From the NCBI GenBank assembly GCA_964456475.1, contig CAYVZI010000001.1, positions 11,762-75,761 of the forward strand: DNA of 64,000 bases, written 5' to 3'. Of the stretch, positions 48,063-57,057 are shown in pieces. Under the pieces are notes generated by a model. It saw only the letters and a program-made list of their open reading frames with translations, did no database searches and had not been told where the DNA came from. A program made the position numbers and the translations under genes. This DNA comes from an uncultured Candidatus Saccharibacteria bacterium (GTDB lineage Bacteria; Patescibacteriota; Minisyncoccia; Phycocordibacterales; UBA9973). Each line of letters begins with the position of its first letter. Within the stretch, counting starts at the first letter, position 1.

Positions 48063-48164
48063 ATTCTGTCTTCTGAATTATAGGTATGTTACGACAAGAC
48101 TACTCTTACTAGTATATTCCTTTTTTTTCAATAAACCACTAGTTTTGGCAATTTATTGATAATA

Positions 48165-48256
48165 TTGACATTATATATTATTTATGCTATTATTTCAAGT
48201 AAATCCCGGTTTAGTGAGATGAGCGTCCAGTCCACCTGGAAATTGATCTCACTAAA
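48165..48256 (+). promoter_or_regulatory. sigma70 promoter and hairpin 5' leader
   Basis: TTGACA-17-TATTAT; stem TTTAGTGAGAT/ATCTCACTAAA with inner TCCAG/CTGGA. Confidence 0.65.
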
Positions 48257-48267
48257 TCCATTAAAAA

Positions 48268-48762
48268 TTGAAAACAGGTTCGCGACTCGGAAGAATTCTC
48301 TTAGGGATAGGAGCTTTTCTTGCAACGAGTGGTTTCAGCTACTCGTTTGATTATTTTGTTTACCCGATTGTTACCTATTATTTCGGGTTCTCAAAAAGTT
48401 TAATTATTTTATTTCTCGCTGCGCTTATCATGAATTATTTCGTTGTACTTTTGTACGATCTGTTCAAAAAAGATTTTTTTGGATTTGAGGCACTTAAGGA
48501 AATGAAGGAGTCAGGTAACGGCAGAGGTATGATGTACAGAATAATGAAATGGGGCGATATTCCCTTCTTTATCTTTCTTTCATGGTACGACCCAATATTT
48601 GCGGTTTTATACAAAAGGAGGAGTAAAAGCTTTAACGGCTTTAGAAGGAGAGATTATTTTATTCTTGTGCTTAGTACATTAATTGGGTGTATTATCTGGT
48701 CAGGATTTTGGTCAGCAGGTATTGAATTTGTTAAATACATATTTCCACAATGGTTCTCCTAG
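48268..48762 (+). CDS. hypothetical membrane protein
   Basis: 164 aa, TTG start, 3-4 TM segments. Confidence 0.65.
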   Translation: MKTGSRLGRILLGIGAFLATSGFSYSFDYFVYPIVTYYFGFSKSLIILFLAALIMNYFVVLLYDLFKKDFFGFEALKEMKESGNGRGMMYRIMKWGDIPFFIFLSWYDPIFAVLYKRRSKSFNGFRRRDYFILVLSTLIGCIIWSGFWSAGIEFVKYIFPQWFS

Positions 48763-48822
48763 CAATAGCGAGAGCCATTTTTTTATCCTATTTTTAAACA
48801 ATAATGAGAGTCCCTCGTTTCG
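48692..48822 (+). repeat. 131-bp direct repeat, copy 1
   Basis: matches 50529-50660 except one T indel and one G/A substitution. Confidence 0.92.
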
Positions 48823-49015
48823 ATATAATCTGATTTTATTATAAGTACCCCCCCTTTTTTTGCGTATTAAAAAACAAAACTGCAGTCCCCGCTTGTTTTT
48901 TTTGGCAACTGCCTATGATATTCTTCGTCAGTTAATTTTTTGGACATGAAAATTGTCTTTCTAATTTGACATAGAAATAATACTACTGTAGTTTAATATA
49001 TAAAAATATCTTTAT

Positions 49016-49579
49016 ATGGGACTTATTGAAATAAAGGGAAAGAGGCTAACCTTGAGAGAAATTTCAAAAGATGATCTGCCCCAATTACTCCTTTGGAGAA
49101 ATTCGGAAATCTTTCAAAAATCATGTCTTTCCTACTCGAAAGACTGCACAATTGAAGAACTTGACAGAGAAATTGACATTTCATATCGTCAAGATAAATA
49201 TGCTCAATTTATTGCTTGGACATCAGACGACAAGCCAGTAGGTACGAACTGGATATATCGATACCACAAAACAAATGGCATAGGATTTACCACAACATTT
49301 GTTGATGAGCAATACAGACAAAGTCATTATTATGCGATTGAAATGTTCGCACTCATTTGCAAATATATGTTTAACGAACTTGCTTGTCGAAAGATTTACT
49401 CAGAAGTTCACGCTGGGAATACTCCTTCAATGAATATCTTCAACAAACTTAATCTTCCTCTTGAAGCGACATTTAAGAATCACTCAAAAGTGGGTTTGAA
49501 CGATTTCGAGGATCTGTTGGTTTACGCCTTGTACAAAGAAGCCTTTGAATCCATGAATATTCCAAAAAAACTTTTGTGA
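49016..49579 (+). CDS. GNAT acetyltransferase (RimJ/RimL family)
   Basis: LTLRE...DL..L..WRN, F.EL..RKIYSEV...N..S motifs. Confidence 0.8.
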   Translation: MGLIEIKGKRLTLREISKDDLPQLLLWRNSEIFQKSCLSYSKDCTIEELDREIDISYRQDKYAQFIAWTSDDKPVGTNWIYRYHKTNGIGFTTTFVDEQYRQSHYYAIEMFALICKYMFNELACRKIYSEVHAGNTPSMNIFNKLNLPLEATFKNHSKVGLNDFEDLLVYALYKEAFESMNIPKKLL

Positions 49580-49603
49580 CCGCACCAGCATTGGTGTGGT
49601 TTT

Positions 49604-49846
49604 TTAATATTCCATTTTGAGAATTAAACCTTTCGGGATTGAAAAATATTTCGGTTGAGCTTCTGGGTGTTTTTTGTTTGTATGAATATTTAGTGTCTCC
49701 TCGTTTTCTACTATAATATAATCGGCACTTTCTTTGACGAGAGTGCCAATAGTTTTCATCTGACTTGGAGTGCTAATTTCCTCATTCGAGGAATACATGA
49801 ATATATCGTTCCAATATATTGTTACTTGCTGATTATTCTTTATCAT
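49604..49846 (-). CDS. small beta-rich protein, paralog of the upstream gene
   Basis: VTIYWND...TIGTL...IPKGLI. Confidence 0.6.
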   Translation of the reverse strand: MIKNNQQVTIYWNDIFMYSSNEEISTPSQMKTIGTLVKESADYIIVENEETLNIHTNKKHPEAQPKYFSIPKGLILKMEY

Positions 49847-50108
49847 AAAAATCTATCTTTTTAAACTCAATAATTGCATTTTCAGGAATGATAAAGCCAT
49901 TAGTGGGAACCATACTTTTCTTTTCTTTGTCATAGTGAACACTGCATGCAATATTCGTCCATTGTTCGTTTGTCTCTATAATGAAGCCACAGGTCAAATT
50001 AATCTTTGGAGTTTCATTCTCGAGTGCCTGTATATCATCAGTATATGCAGCATCCCGCCAGAGAATAGTACAAATAGGATTTTTATAATTTATGTTTTTT
50101 GTAGCCAT
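49833..50108 (-). CDS. small beta-rich protein (start MATKN at 50108)
   Basis: CTILWRD...TCGFI...IPENAI; the longer ORF extension overlaps the upstream gene. Confidence 0.6.
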   Translation of the reverse strand: MATKNINYKNPICTILWRDAAYTDDIQALENETPKINLTCGFIIETNEQWTNIACSVHYDKEKKSMVPTNGFIIPENAIIEFKKIDFYDKE

Positions 50109-50172
50109 GTAAATAAAATGTAAAAAGTGCAGTAATATTATACCACACTTTTTATTTTTGTAGTGACACGGA

Positions 50173-50382
50173 TTATTTTCCGCTACTACTGCCACCACTA
50201 CTGCTATGTGATGATGACGAATTACTGGATGAATTATTACTCGACGATGCCTTGTGGGCAGCTCTTTCTGGTAATTCACCAGATTTTTGTGCATGATCAC
50301 GTGCATCATGCCAAGCAGACGATACTTCCCTTGTTGAGGAATTGGTATCTCGTGCTGCATCAGATTTAGTATATTCTGACAA
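50173..50382 (-). CDS. 69-aa Ser-rich protein
   Basis: TTG start preceded by AAGGAGG; TTGACA-16-TAAAAT promoter upstream. Confidence 0.65.
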   Translation of the reverse strand: MSEYTKSDAARDTNSSTREVSSAWHDARDHAQKSGELPERAAHKASSSNNSSSNSSSSHSSSGGSSSGK

Positions 50383-50528
50383 GTCTATATCCTCCTTTTC
50401 AAGCCTAGTTTTATTCCTGAAAACCTTCCGGAACCTTGCTTAATTATATTTTACTATAATAGGAAAGGTTGTCAATGAAAATACTCATATTCAGTGACTT
50501 AAATAAATAAGTACTGCCACAGGCTGTC

Positions 50529-50660
50529 TTATCTGGTCAGGATTTTGGTCAGCAGGTATTGAATTTGTTAAATACATATTTCCACAATGGTTCTCCTAGC
50601 AATAGCGAGAGCCATTTTTTTATCCTATTTTTTAAACAATAATGAGAATCCCTCGTTTCG
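50529..50660 (+). repeat. 132-bp direct repeat, copy 2
   Basis: duplicate of the gene 3' end and terminator at 48692-48822. Confidence 0.92.
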
Positions 50661-50710
50661 GTTCTTCATCACTTTGGTTCCACAGACTACGATCTATAAT
50701 ACCGAACTCA

Positions 50711-52042
50711 TTAGTCTAAAAGAAAATGCATAATGGCTGGTGCTTGAATCAATGCATGCGTTTTACCGTATAGCACAAACTGAGAAATCCCGGCCAGATG
50801 ATTCTTTATAATCTGGCCCGCAATGTGTGCGTCTCGATACCCAGCGATGAATGAGGCTATTTCGCGAATAGGATTTTCTTCATTAGTAGGATCAGAGAAA
50901 CGATAAAAAAGATCTGAATCCTCCTGGTTCAATTGGTGACCTGAAATTCTTTGATGAATTTCGGAAAATATTTCAAGCGAATAAGTCGCTTTTGTTAAAT
51001 CATTGAATTCGTCGATAAAATATTGAATGTATGATACAAAGTCAGGTTTATCAGTCTCTTGCGAATACTGATATGCTCGGTCGCACATAAGCGAATAAAA
51101 AACCAGATTAAGTCCATATTTCTCTGATGCATCATCAATTATCTTCTTTTGATCAGGTTCGTAACAAACGGATCGAATCCCTGCTCCTGAAGCGAGAAAC
51201 ATTAGATATCCTCCTTCACCTCCCTGATTGATTATTGATGAGTGTTTGTCAGAAGCCACGTCACGTAAAGCTCCTTCTATCACTACACATCTGTTTTTTC
51301 CTTCGGTATTTGTCAAAAAAACGTCGAATTTTGATTCAATTTCCGTAAACACTGGATCGTTAGGTTCGTATGAATGACGAACCCCTAGATAATAAAGTGT
51401 GGCTTTAGCCGAATCGTATATTTTAAAATAAACATCTTGGTCAGTCTCAAGTTCTTGGACATTAGCATACGAAACAAGTTTGTCCCGAATGGAATCTATG
51501 GAAGTAATTTGATTCATACTTATACTTCTTTGTATAAATTCATAATCCCTCATAATATTGTACGCTGTTTGATAAAAATCTACGTCTGTTGTTTTAAGAA
51601 GCTCAACTTGTTGTCTGAGAATTTTAAGTGTTTCGTTCGGTGACTTCCAAACAACAAAGTGCCCCACTTCAATTTCATCGGCGGTGAGCTGTAGCTCACC
51701 CTTTCCTCCTACGACATCGACAACATAGCAATGAGTAATTACATGCCTATTCCGTGCCGGACGATAATCATCAATCTCTCCAATATATCCTTGAATTGAG
51801 ACATCACAACCAATCTCTTCCTTGCACTCGCGTAAAATTCCCTCTTCGATCGATTCTCCTTCCTCAATTCCACCGCCGGGCAAAAGAAAAAATCCATGGC
51901 GATTCGTGCCAACAAGCGCAATATTTCCTTCCTGATCAAGGGCAACTACACGTCCGGTTAGTCGGTCAATATACTCAACACCATCAAGTGGCGTGTTGCG
52001 ATTCGGTAATACATCTTTTTCATAATAAGTTTTTAGATGCAT
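50711..52042 (-). CDS. NUDIX hydrolase fused to an unknown C-terminal domain
   Basis: PGGGIEEGE......RECKEEIG Nudix box; about 265 extra C-terminal residues. Confidence 0.8.
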   Translation of the reverse strand: MHLKTYYEKDVLPNRNTPLDGVEYIDRLTGRVVALDQEGNIALVGTNRHGFFLLPGGGIEEGESIEEGILRECKEEIGCDVSIQGYIGEIDDYRPARNRHVITHCYVVDVVGGKGELQLTADEIEVGHFVVWKSPNETLKILRQQVELLKTTDVDFYQTAYNIMRDYEFIQRSISMNQITSIDSIRDKLVSYANVQELETDQDVYFKIYDSAKATLYYLGVRHSYEPNDPVFTEIESKFDVFLTNTEGKNRCVVIEGALRDVASDKHSSIINQGGEGGYLMFLASGAGIRSVCYEPDQKKIIDDASEKYGLNLVFYSLMCDRAYQYSQETDKPDFVSYIQYFIDEFNDLTKATYSLEIFSEIHQRISGHQLNQEDSDLFYRFSDPTNEENPIREIASFIAGYRDAHIAGQIIKNHLAGISQFVLYGKTHALIQAPAIMHFLLD

Positions 52043-52545
52043 AGTGATTTTAAAAATTCATCTATTTCTTCATTATCTTTAAAGATATAGACTTTTTTGT
52101 TATGAGAATGACTTAAAACTTTCTCCCGCATCATTTTTGTAGGATATTGCAAAATATATTTTACAAGATTCCAACTAATTCTTTCTCGTGTGCCATCAGT
52201 CTTATCAAAAGGTTGCTCTGTATTAAAAATTCGTTTGAAAGCACGCCAGAGACACAGCCATTTTGGAAAATCCAAAAAAATAATCATTGTGGCTTTTTCA
52301 AACCTATCGTCAATTGTCTTACGGTAATTACCGTCAATAATCCACTCTTCTTGATCTTGTAAATCAGTCACCACTCGCAAAAATCCCAGTTTTGAGTACC
52401 GCTCTTTCCATTTATTGGTCCAGTAATACATATCAAGATGATCCACCTTGCGCCCAAGTTTCTGTCCAATCTTGTTTGCCAAGGTTGATTTTCCCGCACC
52501 CGAAACACCAATTATCGCGATTCGACTGAGATTAGACCTCTCCAT
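52033..52545 (-). CDS. P-loop kinase, FlaR/topology-modulation protein family
   Basis: IIGVSGAGKSTLA, HLD..YW, WIIDGNY; likely start MERS. Confidence 0.85.
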   Translation of the reverse strand: MERSNLSRIAIIGVSGAGKSTLANKIGQKLGRKVDHLDMYYWTNKWKERYSKLGFLRVVTDLQDQEEWIIDGNYRKTIDDRFEKATMIIFLDFPKWLCLWRAFKRIFNTEQPFDKTDGTRERISWNLVKYILQYPTKMMREKVLSHSHNKKVYIFKDNEEIDEFLKSLCI

Positions 52546-52643
52546 AACAGAATAATAACACATTATTATAAAATAGTTGCATTATTTTTCAAATATGGTT
52601 TAATATATTCAAATTTCATTGTTAACCCACACAATTTTTTACG

Positions 52644-52886
52644 ATGAGTAGAATTGTAACAAAGAGTGCAACTATGGGTTGCCAGGATAGCAAGTGCAAA
52701 GGAAAAGAGAAATCAGGTATTTTGACCACCAATGGTCAAACTGCAACCTTTGTTTGTGAGGATGGGCACACAACTCATCTCGAAAAAAAGTCAGGAGAAT
52801 ATATTCCTGTTGATCCATATATAAAACCAAAAAAAAGGCCGGTTTTAGAAGGGGTTTTTAAATGGAGAGGTTATTTTTTCAAGTAA
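52644..52886 (+). CDS. small putative Zn-ribbon protein (orphan)
   Basis: CQDSKC...CEDGH; terminator 52893-52927. Confidence 0.55.
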   Translation: MSRIVTKSATMGCQDSKCKGKEKSGILTTNGQTATFVCEDGHTTHLEKKSGEYIPVDPYIKPKKRPVLEGVFKWRGYFFK

Positions 52887-52930
52887 CATGCAAAATGGGT
52901 TTGCGACAATTGTCGCAAACCCATTTTTTA

Positions 52931-52958
52931 ATTAGACATTAAATATTAGTCATTAAAA
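52931..52958. repeat. 7-mer array after the dnaJ stop
   Basis: ATTAGAC ATTAAAT ATTAGTC ATTAAAA. Confidence 0.65.
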
Positions 52959-52965
52959 ATTGACT

Positions 52966-54057
52966 TTACAATCCTTCAGCCTTGAGCGTCTCTATCGCCT
53001 CTTTGGCTTTCTTTGAAAGTTTGTTTGGGATTTTGACTGTCACTTTGACCATCAAGTCTCCTCTTTTTCCGCGTGGATTGGGTACTCCTTTTTCTTTCAC
53101 GCGAAGGATTGTGCCGGATGCGATTCCTTCCGGAATTTCAATCGTGACCGCACCATCCAATGTTTCAATTTTACGATCGGCACCGAGAAGTGCTTCGGAA
53201 AGTTTCACTTCCATATCCATGGTGAGATTTTGTCGATCACGGCGGAATATCGGATGCGATTGTACATTTATTTTTATATACAAATCTCCAGATGTTCCTT
53301 TTCGCACTGCTTCACCGAGTCCAGTCATACGGATCATCTCGCCTGCTTCGATTCCAGCCGGAACACGAATTTCAATTTCTTCTTCCTTGCGTTTTACACC
53401 TGCTCCGTGACAAGAACCACAGAGTTCTGATGGAATTGTTCCCGAGCCATGACATGCGTCACATTCACGCGTTGTAACAAACGATCCAAGCATTGAGCGA
53501 CGAGTCTCTCGAATTTGTCCCTTTCCATTACATTGACTACAGGTGATTTGTTTTGCTCCGGCTTTTGCGCCTGAACCAGTACAGGTATCACAGGTAGAAA
53601 CTTTTGTTATCAAAATTTTACGAACCGTTCCAAAGATACTATCAGCAAAAGGGATCGTAATTTCAGTAGAAATATCACGCCCACGACGTGTTTGTGAGCC
53701 CCCACGAGCCCCACCACCAAAGAAATCAGAGAAGATATCTCCTAGGTCGCCCATGTCAAAACCCTGGCCGTTTTGGAAGCCTGAGAAGTCAAAACCACCC
53801 ATATTGGATGGGTCAAAGCCTTGCCCACCTCCGAATCCACCTTGTGGTCCAGCAGAGCCAAATCGGTCGTATTGAGCGCGTTTAGAGTCGTCAGAAAGCG
53901 TCTGATAAGCCTCGTTTACCTCCTTGAATTTCGCATCATCACCCTTGTTCTTGTCAGGGTGGTATTTATGAGCCATCTTATGAAAGGCCTTTTTAATCTC
54001 CTCTTTTGAGGAAGTTTTTGAAACGCCTAAAATTTCGTAATAGTCTTTATTCGCCAT
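52966..54057 (-). CDS. dnaJ: chaperone DnaJ
   Basis: J-domain HPD, G/F region, four CxxCxGxG repeats. Confidence 0.97.
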   Translation of the reverse strand: MANKDYYEILGVSKTSSKEEIKKAFHKMAHKYHPDKNKGDDAKFKEVNEAYQTLSDDSKRAQYDRFGSAGPQGGFGGGQGFDPSNMGGFDFSGFQNGQGFDMGDLGDIFSDFFGGGARGGSQTRRGRDISTEITIPFADSIFGTVRKILITKVSTCDTCTGSGAKAGAKQITCSQCNGKGQIRETRRSMLGSFVTTRECDACHGSGTIPSELCGSCHGAGVKRKEEEIEIRVPAGIEAGEMIRMTGLGEAVRKGTSGDLYIKINVQSHPIFRRDRQNLTMDMEVKLSEALLGADRKIETLDGAVTIEIPEGIASGTILRVKEKGVPNPRGKRGDLMVKVTVKIPNKLSKKAKEAIETLKAEGL

Positions 54058-54122
54058 ACGCCGTGCATAATACTATGAATAATAAAATGCGACAAGAAAT
54101 TGGATGATTCCCCTCACTCGTA

Positions 54123-54478
54123 TTGGGTCATCCTGAATTTATTTCAGGATCCAGGGCTATAGACAAATCTTTCCATTCTGGATTATGCTCTTGTATCAAA
54201 TTAATCTTCCAATTTCTATGCCATGCTTTTAATTGTTTTTCGCGTTCAATCGCAGAAATTGGATTTTCAGACTCTTCATAATAAACCAGAGTATTAATTT
54301 TATATTGCTTTGTAAATCCGCCTGCAAGACTATGTTTGTGCTCATATATGCGACGGATTAAATCATTTGTAACACCTATGTATAAAGTGCCGTTCTTTTT
54401 GTTTGCCAAAATATAAACATAATAATGTTTATCGTACATACAAATACTGGATCCTGAAATAAATTCAGGATGACCCAA
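54123..54478. mobile_element. GIY-YIG gene bounded by perfect 32-bp palindromic inverted repeats
   Basis: TTGGGTCATCCTGAATTTATTTCAGGATCCAG (54123-54154) and its exact reverse complement (54447-54478); mobility is inferred. Confidence 0.7.
54128..54439 (-). CDS. GIY-YIG nuclease family protein (UPF0213/YhbQ-like)
   Basis: YYVYILA...GTLYIGVT.DL.RR..EH, AI.REKQLK.W.R.WK..LI. Confidence 0.92.
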   Translation of the reverse strand: MYDKHYYVYILANKKNGTLYIGVTNDLIRRIYEHKHSLAGGFTKQYKINTLVYYEESENPISAIEREKQLKAWHRNWKINLIQEHNPEWKDLSIALDPEINSG

Positions 54479-54488
54479 ACACACATAT

Positions 54489-55916
54489 TTACCCCAATAA
54501 TTCTTTCAAAATTTTTGTAGCGAGAGCTGGGTTTGCAGAACCTTTTGTCTCTTTCATCATCTGACCCACGAGGCTCATGAGTGCATTTTCTTTTCCACCT
54601 TTATATGACTCTGCCGCCTGTGCATTTGTATCGATTATCTTCTGTGCGATTTCTTTGAGTGCACCTTCGTCATTTTTCTGAAGCAAATCTTTTTCGGTAG
54701 CAATTACAATTGGCGAACCATCTTCGACAACAATCATCGCAAGAATATCTTTTGCTGCGCGTGAAGAAATCTTGTTGTCAGCAAAAAGGGTTACCAATTC
54801 GGCAAAGTTTTCTGGGCTCGGCAATCGTATGTCAGAATTCGTCTTTTTCAAACCCACATAATCGGATGTAATATAGTTTGATGCAACTTTTATTTTTTCA
54901 GCATCCTTCAACACACCTGCAACTTTTTCAAACCAAAGCGCAAGTTCATAATCATTGATATACGTTTCGATATCCTCCGCCTTAATGCCATATTCATTCG
55001 CATATCGAGCACGCTTAGCCACAGGAAGCTCTGGCAATTCCTTGCGTAAGGCATTGGTATCAAACATTTCCGAAAGCATAAATTTCGGAATATCTGGATC
55101 AGGGAAATAGCGGTATTCCTGGGCAGATTCTTTTGCACGCTGAGAAAATGTACTCTGTTTGCTGTCATCCCAACCTCGCGTTTCTTTGACAATCTCTCCT
55201 TCTCGTCCAGCTTCGTAAAGCTCAATCATACGAGCGACTTCATAGCGAATCGCCTTCTCCGCGCTCTTAAATGAGTTGATGTTCTTTACTTCGACATAGG
55301 TAGTGAGCTTGCCTTTCTCTGTTGAGACAGACACGTTCACCTCCACACGAAATTCTCCTTTTTCCATGTTTGCATCTCCTGCACCAAGGTACTGAAGAAG
55401 AAGTTGATATTCTTTGGCAAAATTTGCGCCAACATTCGCTGCTTCATCTACAGAATCAAATGTGTGTGGCTCAGTGACAAGCTCCATGAGCGGTACACCA
55501 GCACGGTTGAAGTCAACGAGTGAGTAATCGCCTCGGTCATGCTTACTCGTTGCAGTATCTTCTTCAAGATGAATGCGATGAATCTTCATTCCAGCAAGCT
55601 CTCCACCTGAAACGATAGGATATTTGAATTGGGAAATCTGATACCCCTTTGGAATGTCTGGATAGAAATAACTTTTGCGATCAAATTCGGTAAAATTTGC
55701 AATTGTACCCCCTACAGCAAGCCCCACTCGGATGACTTGCTCCATGGCGCGTTTGTTTGGCACAGGAATAGTGCCTGGATGTGCCATACACACAGGACAG
55801 ATGTTCACATTCGGATTTTTCTCATCCGGGTCGTTCTTACAGCCACAAAACATCTTTGAGTTTGTTTTGAGTTCGGCGTGGATTTCAAGACCGAGAGTTG
55901 GATAATATGTGTTCAT
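54489..55916 (-). CDS. gatB: Asp/Glu-tRNA amidotransferase subunit B
   Basis: GLEIHAEL, YFYPD.PKGYQISQ, HLEED, NRAGVPLMELV, YRYFPDPD. Confidence 0.96.
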   Translation of the reverse strand: MNTYYPTLGLEIHAELKTNSKMFCGCKNDPDEKNPNVNICPVCMAHPGTIPVPNKRAMEQVIRVGLAVGGTIANFTEFDRKSYFYPDIPKGYQISQFKYPIVSGGELAGMKIHRIHLEEDTATSKHDRGDYSLVDFNRAGVPLMELVTEPHTFDSVDEAANVGANFAKEYQLLLQYLGAGDANMEKGEFRVEVNVSVSTEKGKLTTYVEVKNINSFKSAEKAIRYEVARMIELYEAGREGEIVKETRGWDDSKQSTFSQRAKESAQEYRYFPDPDIPKFMLSEMFDTNALRKELPELPVAKRARYANEYGIKAEDIETYINDYELALWFEKVAGVLKDAEKIKVASNYITSDYVGLKKTNSDIRLPSPENFAELVTLFADNKISSRAAKDILAMIVVEDGSPIVIATEKDLLQKNDEGALKEIAQKIIDTNAQAAESYKGGKENALMSLVGQMMKETKGSANPALATKILKELLG

Positions 55917-55989
55917 AGTAGGGTTTAGGTTTTAGGTGTTAGGGTTTAGTAATTCGAATTGTATTTCTAAATCCTAGACCCTAACCCCT
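55917..55989. repeat. inverted pair of 7-mer arrays filling the mltG-gatB spacer
   Basis: AGTAGGG TTTAGGT TTTAGGT GTTAGGG TTTAGTA ... CTAAATC CTAGACC CTAACCC. Confidence 0.85.
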
Positions 55990-55990
55990 G

Positions 55991-56995
55991 TTATTTTAGG
56001 TATTTCTTAATATTTGCGAGGTGTTCGGCGTAGGTTTTCGCGTAATGGATAGTACCATTTTTGTCATGAAGATAATAGAGGTACGGTGTTGTGCTGTAAT
56101 TCACTGCAGCAGTCAATGCATCAAGGCCTGGATTGGATATCGGAGCCGGTGGAAGCCCCTTGTGGAGATAGGTATTAAAGGGCGAAACTACAGAAAAATC
56201 AGCTTTCTTGAGTGGTCCATTTGGCTTATTCACTGCATAAGCCACAGTAGCATCTACCTGCAGTCTCATACCTTTTGCAAGACGACTCCACAAAATACTC
56301 GAGATAATTGTTCGGTCTCCGACTCCTCGAGCCTCTTTCTCGATGATTGAAGCCATGATAACAATTTCTTGTTTTGTATGATTTCCCATTGAATCAGCTG
56401 AAAATAGATTCTTTGTCTTTAAATCAAACATTGCTCTCATTTCATCAACGATGTCAGATGGTTTTGTTTTTGAATAAATAAAATAAGTTTCTGGAAAAAG
56501 ATATCCTTCATGTGCTTTTGCTGAAAGCAAAAAATCTTCGGTGGCAAAATCAGAAATTTTTTCGGAAAGAATCTCGCTCATTTCCAAAACCGAAGTACCT
56601 TCCGGAATTGTAATCTTTATCGGTTTCAAATTGTGCACGCCAAAGGCGATTTGGCGTGCGACTGCAAATACTGAAATCGGTCGGTCGAAGAAATAATCGC
56701 CCGGAGGAACCTTCATATCCTTACCATAAAAAGTTACGAGCGTAGAAAAGAGTGCACGTGACCGAATATACTGTTTGTTCGACAATTCTGTGCCAACACT
56801 CTTCAGGCTCTGTCCGGGTGTTATCGTAAAGACTGTCTCACCTTCTGGAAAATCTGACGGGGCCGACAACGCAAAAACAAAAACGGCAATTACCGCAATA
56901 ACACCAAACACTCGACCGAGCCGATTCCGCTTTTGCGGAATCGGCTCGAGAGCTGTATTTTCTTCTGTATTCAGAACTGAATTATCTGACTCCAT
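55991..56995 (-). CDS. mltG: endolytic transglycosylase MltG
   Basis: TIPEG, EGYLFPETY, ASIIEKE, LQVDAT, GLPPAPI.NPG. Confidence 0.93.
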   Translation of the reverse strand: MESDNSVLNTEENTALEPIPQKRNRLGRVFGVIAVIAVFVFALSAPSDFPEGETVFTITPGQSLKSVGTELSNKQYIRSRALFSTLVTFYGKDMKVPPGDYFFDRPISVFAVARQIAFGVHNLKPIKITIPEGTSVLEMSEILSEKISDFATEDFLLSAKAHEGYLFPETYFIYSKTKPSDIVDEMRAMFDLKTKNLFSADSMGNHTKQEIVIMASIIEKEARGVGDRTIISSILWSRLAKGMRLQVDATVAYAVNKPNGPLKKADFSVVSPFNTYLHKGLPPAPISNPGLDALTAAVNYSTTPYLYYLHDKNGTIHYAKTYAEHLANIKKYLK

Positions 56996-57057
56996 GCATT
57001 TGATCTGACTTTATAAACTTTACAAACTTCACAACTTTTAACTTACTAATTTGCCAA

